From the IMG/VR virus record IMGVR_UViG_3300042893_001849: a stretch of DNA of 64,000 nucleotides; one strand, 5' to 3'. Positions 18,866 through 27,490 of this stretch are shown in pieces (position 1 is the stretch's first letter; each line of letters starts with the position of its first letter). The DNA is from a virus. Position numbers and translations under genes: made by a program. The notes under the pieces are model-generated. The model was given only the letters and a program-made list of their open reading frames with translations. It was not told the DNA's origin and made no database searches.

Positions 18866-19507
18866 ATGAAAAAATCAAAACATGGTATGACAAGTGAGCA
18901 AGCCCGTCAAAAAAAATTAATGGGTCATAATAATGAGAACATTGTTGCTAATGAAGTTGGTGGTATTGTATTGACAGGAAATAAAAAAGGAGATATTAGA
19001 ACTTTTGAGGATAAGACAATTTCAGTGAAGACAGGAACTAAAACGCAGTGGTCTCTTTATTGTGAGAACACTATGATTAGTGGGGATTGGAACAAAATTC
19101 AAAAAAAATCATTAATAGATTATATTAATTTCTTACCTGATTCAAAGGAGGATTATGAAAATAATAGAGCTAAATATAGAATAAACCCTTACGCCTCTGA
19201 TTTATATAGTGCATTCAAGCATGATTATATGAAGTTAATAAAGTTTTTTTGTGGATATGGTAAAGTAGATTTATTTCATTTAACTGACATAAGAGATAGT
19301 GAAAGTTATCAAGTATCTTCAAATGATTTTTTTGAGAGTATTAAAAACTCTATAACAAGAATATATACAACACCTGGTGGTAAATTTGTTATTGCGGGAG
19401 GCAGAAAGGACACCATTTTATTTGAGTTAGAATTAAGGAAAGGTACCAACCATAAAAAAATTTTATTTCACTCTCATTTGTCTCGTATCATTGATGTTGT
19501 GAAGTAA
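18866..19507 (+). CDS. Hypothetical protein.
   Basis: Start moved to MKKSKHGM, because the earlier ATG lies inside the terminator hairpin. TATATTTG box 4 nt upstream. The N-terminal approximately 45 nt are homologous to 21844-21888. Confidence 0.45.
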   Translation: MKKSKHGMTSEQARQKKLMGHNNENIVANEVGGIVLTGNKKGDIRTFEDKTISVKTGTKTQWSLYCENTMISGDWNKIQKKSLIDYINFLPDSKEDYENNRAKYRINPYASDLYSAFKHDYMKLIKFFCGYGKVDLFHLTDIRDSESYQVSSNDFFESIKNSITRIYTTPGGKFVIAGGRKDTILFELELRKGTNHKKILFHSHLSRIIDVVK

Positions 19508-19525
19508 TTTTTTATATTTATAAAT

Positions 19526-20413
19526 ATGAAAACACCAATTAGATACGCAGGAGGGAAGAGTAAAGCGATTAAAATAATTACACCATTTGTTAGTGGCGTA
19601 GACAAAATAGTTTCACCATTTTTAGGTGGGGGTTCTTTAGAGGTTCATTGGGCTTCAATGGGTAAACAAGTTATTGGATATGATTTATTTGATGTTCTTG
19701 TTAATTTTTGGAATGTATTGTTGAATAACAAAACAGAGTTTGTTGAGAAACTAAAAGAAATCGCCCCAACATCAGAAGAGTATTCTCGAATTAAGGAAAT
19801 TTTGATGAAATGGGATAATACCCAAGATATGTTGAAAGATTGGAAAACAGAACATTACAAAAGAGAGGATATAATTAGATTAGACAATATTACAGCAGCC
19901 GCGTATTATTATTTTAATCATAACACATCTTATGGACCAGGTTACTTAGGTTGGGGTTCATCAGTGTATCTACAACCAAAGAAGTGGAGTGATATGATTA
20001 ATAAGATATCTAAATTTGATTTACCAACGTTATCGGTAAATCAAGGTAGTTTTGAAACCGTCTTACCAAAACATACTAAAGATTTTTTATATCTTGACCC
20101 ACCATATTACCTTGAAAAAGATTCTGATAATAAAATGTTTACAGGGATTTATCCCATGAGAAATATTCCTGTACATCACAATGGTTTTAATCACGAATTA
20201 TTGAGAGATTTACTTAAGGCTCACAAAGGAGGATTTGTATTGTCGTATAATAATTGTGAGACTATTCGTGAATACTATAGTGAATTTGAATTACACTACC
20301 CAAGTTGGAGTTATTCGATGGGTAATGGGGAAAAACGAATCGGTAAGAATAGAATTGAGGCTGGTATTACCAACTCTAAAGACTCACACGAGATATTAAT
20401 AGTAAAAAGATAA
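19526..20413 (+). CDS. dam: DNA N6-adenine methyltransferase (Dam/D12 class).
   Basis: IRYAGGKSK N-terminal motif and a DPPY catalytic motif. Confidence 0.8.
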   Translation: MKTPIRYAGGKSKAIKIITPFVSGVDKIVSPFLGGGSLEVHWASMGKQVIGYDLFDVLVNFWNVLLNNKTEFVEKLKEIAPTSEEYSRIKEILMKWDNTQDMLKDWKTEHYKREDIIRLDNITAAAYYYFNHNTSYGPGYLGWGSSVYLQPKKWSDMINKISKFDLPTLSVNQGSFETVLPKHTKDFLYLDPPYYLEKDSDNKMFTGIYPMRNIPVHHNGFNHELLRDLLKAHKGGFVLSYNNCETIREYYSEFELHYPSWSYSMGNGEKRIGKNRIEAGITNSKDSHEILIVKR

Positions 20414-20423
20414 ATAATACTAA

Positions 20424-20446
20424 CCCCACCCACAATTGGGGTTTTA
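20424..20446 (+). terminator. Rho-independent terminator.
   Basis: CCCCACCCACAATTGGGG hairpin followed by a T-run. Confidence 0.55.
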
Positions 20447-20482
20447 TTTTGCCATTTAATTAATTATGTATATCTTTGTTGC

Positions 20483-21088
20483 ATGACAAACGCCTACCTA
20501 TACCTTGCAACAGATGGAGTAAACGATTTCAAAAAATTTGGAATTGCCGCGAATGCTAACATCCGTTTAATCAACTACAACACTACAGAACACTTAAGAC
20601 CAATTTATTTTGAAAAGGTATTTGTGTTTGATAGTTACAATGAAGCCCGAGACGCGGAGACTAACCTCAGACAAAATCTAAAGAAATTTATCATACAGAC
20701 TCAACACATTGAAACTTTTGTATGGAATAATGAAACTAAAGAGATGTTTAATGAGTTAACCAAAGACTATACTTTAATTGAATTCTCTAATGATTATGTA
20801 GGCAATTTACAGAACAAAAAATTTCCATACCATGAAGAGTTAGTTAAATTAATAAACTATGCGGTTGAGAGTGGAATTCCAAAGAAGACAGTGGAGAAGT
20901 TGGTTATTAAAAGTCGTGTAGGATATTATCGTGAAGATGCTCCTCCTAGAATTGTAATGGAAGACCGAATCAAACATCTGGTTAGACTAACTAACAAGGA
21001 ACTATGTTGGGATAACAAACCAAGAATTTTGGATAGAATGCAAAGATTATATACCTTTGAAGAACAAATTAAAACAATATTGGCATAA
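20483..21088 (+). CDS. T5orf172/MUG113 domain protein (GIY-YIG superfamily).
   Basis: AYLYLATDGVNDFKKFGIAANANIRLINY resembles the T5orf172 core (YVYIL..G.YKIGIT.N...R). Confidence 0.45.
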   Translation: MTNAYLYLATDGVNDFKKFGIAANANIRLINYNTTEHLRPIYFEKVFVFDSYNEARDAETNLRQNLKKFIIQTQHIETFVWNNETKEMFNELTKDYTLIEFSNDYVGNLQNKKFPYHEELVKLINYAVESGIPKKTVEKLVIKSRVGYYREDAPPRIVMEDRIKHLVRLTNKELCWDNKPRILDRMQRLYTFEEQIKTILA

Positions 21089-21171
21089 TGCAAACATTCT
21101 TACCATACTCTGATATTACAGAATCATTAAGGGTTCTTGACAACAAACGTTTAGGTAAACAACGTGGTTAA
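21088..21171 (+). pseudogene. Truncated duplicate of the first 26 codons of gene 22005..22478, ending in a stop after the junction.
   Basis: 21088-21166 match 22005-22083 in 78 of 79 nt. Then a novel junction is followed by a copy of the sbcC 3' end. Confidence 0.6.
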
Positions 21172-21200
21172 AATTACAAAAACCGATAATATTTCAAAAG

Positions 21201-21230
21201 TCTCACAATAAAATGTGAGATTTTTTTTTA
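21201..21230 (+). terminator. Rho-independent terminator.
   Basis: TCTCACAATAAAATGTGAGA hairpin followed by T9. Confidence 0.6.
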
Positions 21231-21300
21231 AAATATTTTACAGAAAAACTTTACGTAATTAAATAATTATACTATATTTATAAAAAATAAAAATATAATT

Positions 21301-21936
21301 ATGGAAAAAAATTTAGTAGATTTAATTAACAAAATTCAGAGCAAGCGTGGGGAAGATGCTTTTGAAGTGTCAAACAATCCCATCTCAGAAGCATTAAACC
21401 AAGAAAAAGACCTTAAAGTTGTCTATGATGAAGGTGATTTAACAAAGAACTTTGTTAAATTCGCAACAGACTTGTTGTCTGGTAAATTTGGTGACTATTT
21501 TATAGAAGAGGTTATTAAAGGGTTTGGTGAAACCCTTAAGACGGACAAGGGAGATTTTAAAGAGTCCTATCGAAACAAACCATCTTCAATTAAAGAAATA
21601 TTACCAAGTGTGTTCATTCATACATCTATGAGTAAAATTTTGATGGAAAGTTTAATTATTGACTTAATAACTAAAGCAAGATTAACGGTTAAGTTTTACT
21701 CTCTTGAAAAAAGAAATGATTGGACATTAGAGTTAATTATGAGGGAAGCCAAAAAATATGATACAATGACTGGTTTCAGTAGAGGCAATTCAAATGCTTA
21801 TAGTGCGGCTATTAAACTTGGCATTAAAGAAGCGGTTCAAGTTCACATGAAAAAATCAAAACACGGAATGGGTAATGAGCAAGCTCGTAGAGAGACTCCT
21901 GAACAACGTCGTAGAGAAAAAATGAAAAATGATTAA
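21301..21936 (+). CDS. Hypothetical protein.
   Basis: 211 aa. The C-terminal MKKSKHGMGNEQARR segment is homologous to the N-terminus of 18866..19507. Confidence 0.45.
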   Translation: MEKNLVDLINKIQSKRGEDAFEVSNNPISEALNQEKDLKVVYDEGDLTKNFVKFATDLLSGKFGDYFIEEVIKGFGETLKTDKGDFKESYRNKPSSIKEILPSVFIHTSMSKILMESLIIDLITKARLTVKFYSLEKRNDWTLELIMREAKKYDTMTGFSRGNSNAYSAAIKLGIKEAVQVHMKKSKHGMGNEQARRETPEQRRREKMKND

Positions 21937-21943
21937 TTTTAAA

Positions 21944-21971
21944 CCCCACCCAAAAAGGTGGGATTTTTTTT
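21944..21971 (+). terminator. Rho-independent terminator.
   Basis: CCCACCCAAAAAGGTGGG hairpin followed by T8. Confidence 0.6.
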
Positions 21972-22004
21972 TGTTTATCTTAAAATAATACATATCTTTG
22001 TGGT

Positions 22005-22478
22005 ATGCAAACATTCTTACCATACTCTGACATTACAGAATCATTAAGGGTTCTTGACAACAAACGTTTAGGTAAACAACGTGTGGAGACCTTTCAAATT
22101 ATAAATGCAATTACTGGCAGACCAAAGTTGGATGGTACCCCCTACAAAGGGTGGTTAAACCATCCATGTTCTGTTATGTGGAGACAACACGTACCCTTAC
22201 TCAAGATGTACTTAAATGCAAGTATTGACGAGTGGGTACGTCGTGGGTTTAAGAATACCATGACCAAAGAAGTGATTGATGAATCTGTAACCTACCCTGA
22301 TTGGTGGGGTAATCAAAAGTTTCATGACTCACACAAGTCTAACCTATTGAAGAAAGATTTTGATTTTTATTCTCAATATAGGTGGACTGCGGAACCAACC
22401 AATCCATATGTTTGGTTAGATAAAGATGGTAAGTGGTACGAACAACATTCAGGAGAGAAAGGAAAAATATATTTTTAA
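22005..22478 (+). CDS. Possible pyrimidine-dimer DNA glycosylase family (Pyr_excise-like) protein.
   Basis: LDNKRLGKQRVE...KGWLNHP resembles bacterial endonuclease-V-like proteins (LD.KGL...REALLA...KGYKNHP). The match is weak. TATCTTTG box 4 nt upstream of the ATG. Confidence 0.3.
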   Translation: MQTFLPYSDITESLRVLDNKRLGKQRVETFQIINAITGRPKLDGTPYKGWLNHPCSVMWRQHVPLLKMYLNASIDEWVRRGFKNTMTKEVIDESVTYPDWWGNQKFHDSHKSNLLKKDFDFYSQYRWTAEPTNPYVWLDKDGKWYEQHSGEKGKIYF

Positions 22479-22479
22479 T

Positions 22480-22962
22480 ATGGAATTATATAATAGATAC
22501 AAAGAATCAAAAACTGGTAACATAGATGTAAAAATCGAGGTGTTGACTGATATTATTCGACAATACCCAAAGATTATAGATTATATATACAATAGGGTGG
22601 ACACTTGTTTTGGTCCTCACATTGTGTATTTGGTTCACATGAGGGTTGGAGGGGTGGATATGATAAAGATAGGGTATACCAAAAATTCAGTTCAAGCAAG
22701 ATTTTCTGAGTCAAGATATGCTGGTCGGGATGAGATTGAGATTGTTGAGATTATTAGGGAGAATACCTTGCAAGCTAAAGCATCTGTTGATTTTGAGAAA
22801 GCGTTGAAGACATCCTGTGTTCCTTATGCAATCACAACTGAGTTAACATTGCCAGGTAAGGGAGAGTTTATGAATATCCAACATAGAGATGCCATCATAG
22901 AGGTGTATGATAGATTATATCCCAGTTTTTCAGAAATTGTTGGATTAAAAGCACCTAATTAA
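22480..22962 (+). CDS. T5orf172/MUG113 domain protein.
   Basis: Start reassigned to MELYNRY, immediately after the upstream stop. PHIVYLVHMRVGG.DMIKIGYTKNSVQARF is the T5orf172 core. Confidence 0.45.
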   Translation: MELYNRYKESKTGNIDVKIEVLTDIIRQYPKIIDYIYNRVDTCFGPHIVYLVHMRVGGVDMIKIGYTKNSVQARFSESRYAGRDEIEIVEIIRENTLQAKASVDFEKALKTSCVPYAITTELTLPGKGEFMNIQHRDAIIEVYDRLYPSFSEIVGLKAPN

Positions 22963-22998
22963 AATAAAAATATTACATTTGTCAAAATTAAAATATTA

Positions 22999-23517
22999 AT
23001 GGAAAACTACTTATTAACAGTACTCGGAACGTTTGATGAAACTTTACGTAAAGAAATTGCTTTGTCTGTAACGCCAATCGTTGATTCGCCTAACCTTAAA
23101 TTTCAATATGCCACTGGTGTATTAATTTTTCACTTCACCTCTGAGGTAAACAAAGAAGATATCTTTGAATATGTTAAAGGAATTCTTTATGGGATATCAG
23201 ATTCTTTCTTTTTAAATGCTATAACTGACAATGTGTCTGTATGTCTTAACAATGATATCTATGGTCATTTATTTGACTTGGATAGTCCTGGTGATGACGT
23301 GGACATGAAATTTGACATGAATCGGATTAAGAACAACTTGGATTTTATGGAGTCAGAAGATGATGATGACTTTGTGGCATTACTTTTGGACGAAGCTAAA
23401 GAAAGAAACTTATTTAAAAAACCATCTCTTGACCAACTATTGGATAAACTTTTATCTAAGGGTATGGATTCATTGAGCCAATACGAAAAAGACACATTAG
23501 AAAAATACAGCAAATAA
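22999..23517 (+). CDS. Hypothetical acidic protein.
   Basis: 172 aa with a D/E-rich C-terminus. Confidence 0.4.
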   Translation: MENYLLTVLGTFDETLRKEIALSVTPIVDSPNLKFQYATGVLIFHFTSEVNKEDIFEYVKGILYGISDSFFLNAITDNVSVCLNNDIYGHLFDLDSPGDDVDMKFDMNRIKNNLDFMESEDDDDFVALLLDEAKERNLFKKPSLDQLLDKLLSKGMDSLSQYEKDTLEKYSK

Positions 23518-23520
23518 TAT

Positions 23521-24318
23521 ATGAAAGAAAAATCATCAATTCCTATCAATCAAGAAGAGATTAGTAATTACTTGAAGGACATTCGTAAACTGAAAGTAAT
23601 GACTCCTGAAAGAGAACGAGAGTTAGCTGAAAGAATGCTATCTGGTTTTATAACAGAAGAAGAAACAAAAGAAATTCAAAAAGAACTTTTGGAAGGTAAT
23701 CTACGTTTTGTTATTACCGTGAGTAAACAATATCAAAACCAAGGGTTGGACCTACCTGATTTAATTGCGGAAGGTAACCTTGGATTGATGAAAGCAATCG
23801 AGCATTTCGATTGGTCTAAACAATTAAGATTCATATCTTATGCCGTTTGGTGGGTTCGCCAATCTATCTTGCAATCATTGAATGAAAATGCAAGAACCAT
23901 CCGTCTACCAGTAAACGTGGTTCAAGAATTGCATAAAGCAAAGAAAGAATTGGAGAAGGCAGGTGTTGACCTACCTGAAAAATTCGTAAACTTACCTTAT
24001 ACGGTGAACTTGGATAGTCCATTGAACGAGGAGGGAGATACGTTATTGGATGTGTTGAATAACCCTAATGCTGATTTGGCAGATGCCAATCTATCTACGG
24101 AACAGACATTAAAAGAGAAGTTATTATCAATGTTGGACGTTTTGGATGAGAGAGAAAAAATAATTATTCAAGATTATTTCGGGTTGTCTGGTTCAACAAG
24201 AACCTTGGAAGACATAGGTAATGACTTTGATTTAACCAAAGAAAGGGTTCGACAGATTAAGGAAAAAGCTCTTCGAAAATTAAGAAATGAAACAGCTATT
24301 CTTTTCGAATATCTATAA
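23521..24318 (+). CDS. RNA polymerase sigma factor (sigma-70 family).
   Basis: Region 2 (NLRFVITVSKQY...DLIAEGNLGLMKAIEHFD) and region 4 (TLEDIGNDFDLTKERVRQIKEKALRKLR) helix-turn-helix. Confidence 0.8.
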   Translation: MKEKSSIPINQEEISNYLKDIRKLKVMTPERERELAERMLSGFITEEETKEIQKELLEGNLRFVITVSKQYQNQGLDLPDLIAEGNLGLMKAIEHFDWSKQLRFISYAVWWVRQSILQSLNENARTIRLPVNVVQELHKAKKELEKAGVDLPEKFVNLPYTVNLDSPLNEEGDTLLDVLNNPNADLADANLSTEQTLKEKLLSMLDVLDEREKIIIQDYFGLSGSTRTLEDIGNDFDLTKERVRQIKEKALRKLRNETAILFEYL

Positions 24319-24327
24319 ATTGATGTA

Positions 24328-24358
24328 AAGGGTGTATTTATTTAGTACACCTTTTATA
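24328..24358 (+). terminator. Rho-independent terminator.
   Basis: AAAGGGTGTA...TACACCTTTT hairpin followed by a T-run. Confidence 0.5.
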
Positions 24359-24387
24359 TTTTAAGGTGTATATTAAAAACAAAAATT

Positions 24388-24672
24388 ATGAAAAAATTTA
24401 TAGAAAATAACTTTGTGGTAATCGTATTGGTGATTGCCTTATTAACTTTCTTTAAAAGTTGCGGAGACTCACGAGATTTGAGTGCAATTAAAAAAGAGAT
24501 TAAATCTATTAAAGATTCAACTTACACAAAACAAGAGTTGGATGCTCAATTAAAGATTTCAGGGCTTGAAGCTGAAAAAAGAATGATTCAAGCAACTGAT
24601 AGAAAACTTCTTGACGTTAGAAGACAAACTGAAATCGAAGATGAGATAAAAAGATTAAACACAAAAAAATAA
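24388..24672 (+). CDS. Small membrane-anchored protein.
   Basis: N-terminal TM helix followed by a charged coiled coil. Confidence 0.4.
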   Translation: MKKFIENNFVVIVLVIALLTFFKSCGDSRDLSAIKKEIKSIKDSTYTKQELDAQLKISGLEAEKRMIQATDRKLLDVRRQTEIEDEIKRLNTKK

Positions 24673-25382
24673 TGAATTGGTTTCAAAAAAACTTTAAAAC
24701 GATAATCTACATTTCGTTCTTGGTCCCAATCTTGACCGTGGCGTTTGTATCTATATCGCACGTAACTAAATGGTATGGTTTATCCAATCCATTTAGTTGG
24801 GCAATCTATTTGTCTGTAGGTATTGAGATAGCTGCGTTATCTGCATTGGCTGCGATATCTGCTCAGATGGGTAAAAAAGTATATTTCCCATTTGGTATTG
24901 TTACCCTTATTCAATTTATTGGTAACATATTTTTTGCATATCAATATATTGATATTAATAGTGAATCATTCAAAGACTGGGTTGAATTAGTTGACCCCTT
25001 GGTTAGTTTCATTGGTGTTGGAGACATATCAGGTCATAAAAGATTCTTAGCATTATTCGCTGGTGGTATGTTACCATTAATCTCTCTTTCATTCTTACAC
25101 ATGTTAGTTAAGTTTGAAGAAGAAGACAAAAAGAAACAATATGAATTACCTAAGACAGAAGAAATTGATATTGACGCATTAAGTATTGAAGCTGGTAAAC
25201 AAGAAGCTTTGATTGAGAATGAAAAGTACAATCCAACCGAAGAAGATTTACAAAGACTTGAAGAAGAGTTGGTTAAATTAAATGAACAGAAATTTGGTAC
25301 ACTTGAAGAACCAACAACTTCAGAAGAACAAATAAATGAACCTGAAAAAAAGGTCTTGAATTATTTAAGAAGAGATGCTTAA
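24672..25382 (+). CDS. Multi-pass membrane protein with an acidic tail.
   Basis: Four or five hydrophobic helices. Possible holin-like or membrane-remodelling role. Confidence 0.4.
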   Translation: MNWFQKNFKTIIYISFLVPILTVAFVSISHVTKWYGLSNPFSWAIYLSVGIEIAALSALAAISAQMGKKVYFPFGIVTLIQFIGNIFFAYQYIDINSESFKDWVELVDPLVSFIGVGDISGHKRFLALFAGGMLPLISLSFLHMLVKFEEEDKKKQYELPKTEEIDIDALSIEAGKQEALIENEKYNPTEEDLQRLEEELVKLNEQKFGTLEEPTTSEEQINEPEKKVLNYLRRDA

Positions 25383-25980
25383 TATCCAAAAATATGGAAA
25401 TTTTAAACCAACGGGTAAGCAGAAAAAAAAGAAACAAATAATCCTATGTCATACATCAAGGGAGGTCGAGGAATACTTGGCCTCCCTTAAATTTAGGTAT
25501 AACGGGAAGTTTGATAGGATACCCAATTATGTTATTACCAAAGACGGTAGGATTCTACAACTACTATCTGACATATCACACACCAATTATTTCAACAACG
25601 AAAACATAAATCGTAATTCAATTATTATATGTTTAGAAAATTTGGGATGGTTGGAAAAGAAACCATTAACCAACTCTTATATTAACTGGAAAGGAAGTAT
25701 TTATAATAAACAGGTGTACGAAAAAAAATGGAGAGACTACTTTTTTTGGGAACCTTATACGACTTCTCAGATTGAATCAACTGCGGATTTGTGTAACCAA
25801 TTAAACAAAACTCTTCGAATAGAAAATAGATGTATAGGACATAATACCAAAGTAGCTGGTGTTGAGAACTTTGAAGGAATAGTTACCAAGAGTAACTTTG
25901 ATTCAGACTTCACTGACCTAAGCCCATCGTTTAACTTCGAAACCTTTAGAAAACTATTAAAAAATGAGCAATTTGCATAA
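25375..25980 (+). CDS. N-acetylmuramoyl-L-alanine amidase-like (Amidase_2/PGRP) candidate endolysin.
   Basis: IILCHTSREV...YVITKDGRILQL...NRNSIIICLENLGW parallels the Amidase_2 pattern (IHHTA...Y.I..DG.I.Q...N..SIGIE..G). Confidence 0.45.
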   Translation: MLNIQKYGNFKPTGKQKKKKQIILCHTSREVEEYLASLKFRYNGKFDRIPNYVITKDGRILQLLSDISHTNYFNNENINRNSIIICLENLGWLEKKPLTNSYINWKGSIYNKQVYEKKWRDYFFWEPYTTSQIESTADLCNQLNKTLRIENRCIGHNTKVAGVENFEGIVTKSNFDSDFTDLSPSFNFETFRKLLKNEQFA

Positions 25981-26536
25981 CGAGAGATACGACGAAATTA
26001 AATCTCTATTGAAGAAGTCTAAGTTCTTATTTGAACAAAGCACACAAATAAACGTAGCCAGTGATGTTGAGAGTAGAATTGCTCAAGATGCTGAGTACGA
26101 AACTGCCAAGACAGAAGTTGAAGACGGTGAAAAACCAGTTCAACAAGATAAGGTACAGAAATATAGAATATCTGGTGGTATCTTAGCTTTACACGGAAAA
26201 GACAGAAGTAATTTAGATATCACAACTGATGATAAAATTGCCTTCCAAGAAACTATGGACGAATTTGTAACTGAAGTATCAGACTTAGCTGACTTCAATA
26301 CTCTGAATGTCTATGCAAACAATGTTGAGTGGTCAGGAAAACTTATTGACGGAGATTTGGACTTCATATTCACAATCGGAGAAGACAGTGGAATATATAT
26401 CAACGGTCAAATGATTAAAGTTGATGATGAGTTCCTTGACTTAATAAACAAACTAAAAAAGTACTACCAGAAGTTTAAATCTAAATGGGGTAAGGTACTT
26501 GCTAATAGAAAAAAAACTAAAGAATCACCTGAATAA
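25964..26536 (+). CDS. Hypothetical protein.
   Basis: 190 aa. Confidence 0.4.
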   Translation: MSNLHNERYDEIKSLLKKSKFLFEQSTQINVASDVESRIAQDAEYETAKTEVEDGEKPVQQDKVQKYRISGGILALHGKDRSNLDITTDDKIAFQETMDEFVTEVSDLADFNTLNVYANNVEWSGKLIDGDLDFIFTIGEDSGIYINGQMIKVDDEFLDLINKLKKYYQKFKSKWGKVLANRKKTKESPE

Positions 26537-26537
26537 T

Positions 26538-26900
26538 ATGACACAGATTATTTTAAATTTCATTAAAGGAAATTACAAAACAATTGTTAAAGGACTTGTG
26601 GCTTTATTTATCCTATATTGGGTAATATATGTATTAACACCAACAATGCAAATGTCGGTACAAGAGAAACAAAAAATCGATTCTCTTAACATTATAATTA
26701 AAGAAATCTATAAGGACCAACAAAAACTAGATAGTAGTATCGCAGGATACAATAAAAAAATTGACGAAGTTGATAATCATATCGACAAAATAAAAGGTCA
26801 AAAGACAATAATAAAAGAAATTTATCATGAAGAAATTAATCGCGTTGATAGCTATACTGACAACGACATTGACAGCTTTTTCGCAGACAGATACAAGTAG
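26538..26900 (+). CDS. Membrane-anchored coiled-coil protein (i-spanin-like candidate).
   Basis: Start set just after the upstream stop. N-terminal TM (LVALFILYWVIYVL) followed by a coiled coil. The next gene is embedded in its 3' end in another frame. Confidence 0.35.
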   Translation: MTQIILNFIKGNYKTIVKGLVALFILYWVIYVLTPTMQMSVQEKQKIDSLNIIIKEIYKDQQKLDSSIAGYNKKIDEVDNHIDKIKGQKTIIKEIYHEEINRVDSYTDNDIDSFFADRYK

Positions 26901-27243
26901 TAAGGAACCAGTTAAATCTTTTCCAATATCCACTGTAAGAAAAATAATTAAAGACTTAAAAAGTGGTGATGAGGCCAAAGCTCAACTTAAATTGAGTGAT
27001 TCTTTATTAGTTGTAACTGAAGGTAAGGTTGTATTAAAAGACAGCGTTATTAATACAATGAAGGTAAAAGAAGTTAACTATGTTAACATCATAGGAACTC
27101 AAAATGAAAAATATAACGTGTTAGAAGGTTATAGTAAAAAAATAGAGTGGGACCTAAAGAAAGAGAAAGTAAAAAGTAAGTTCAAATCAATATTAGGAAC
27201 AGGGGTAATAGCTGTATTAACATTTTTCTTAATAACTAAATAA
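26827..27243 (+). CDS. Secreted protein with a C-terminal anchor (o-spanin-like candidate).
   Basis: Signal peptide MKKLIALIAILTTTLTAFSQ and a C-terminal TM. It overlaps the previous gene. Confidence 0.35.
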   Translation: MKKLIALIAILTTTLTAFSQTDTSSKEPVKSFPISTVRKIIKDLKSGDEAKAQLKLSDSLLVVTEGKVVLKDSVINTMKVKEVNYVNIIGTQNEKYNVLEGYSKKIEWDLKKEKVKSKFKSILGTGVIAVLTFFLITK

Positions 27244-27488
27244 TGGCACTAACAAGCTCAGAAATTAAAGAGATAGAAGTAATGATGCGTAAAGAGATTA
27301 AAAACTTTATGGAGAATAGTACTATCAAACAATTTGAAGACAAACTTATTGAAAGAATCGGTAAAGAAATCAAAAGAGGTAAATTAGAAGGCGATATTAA
27401 AGATATCACATTAAGAATGTTCAGAGAATTCTATCAATTCATGTGGATGAATAGAAGTTATTGGGAACCAAGACTTAAAAACGCTTAA
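27243..27488 (+). CDS. Hypothetical protein.
   Basis: 81 aa. Confidence 0.35.
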   Translation: MALTSSEIKEIEVMMRKEIKNFMENSTIKQFEDKLIERIGKEIKRGKLEGDIKDITLRMFREFYQFMWMNRSYWEPRLKNA

Positions 27489-27490
27489 TT

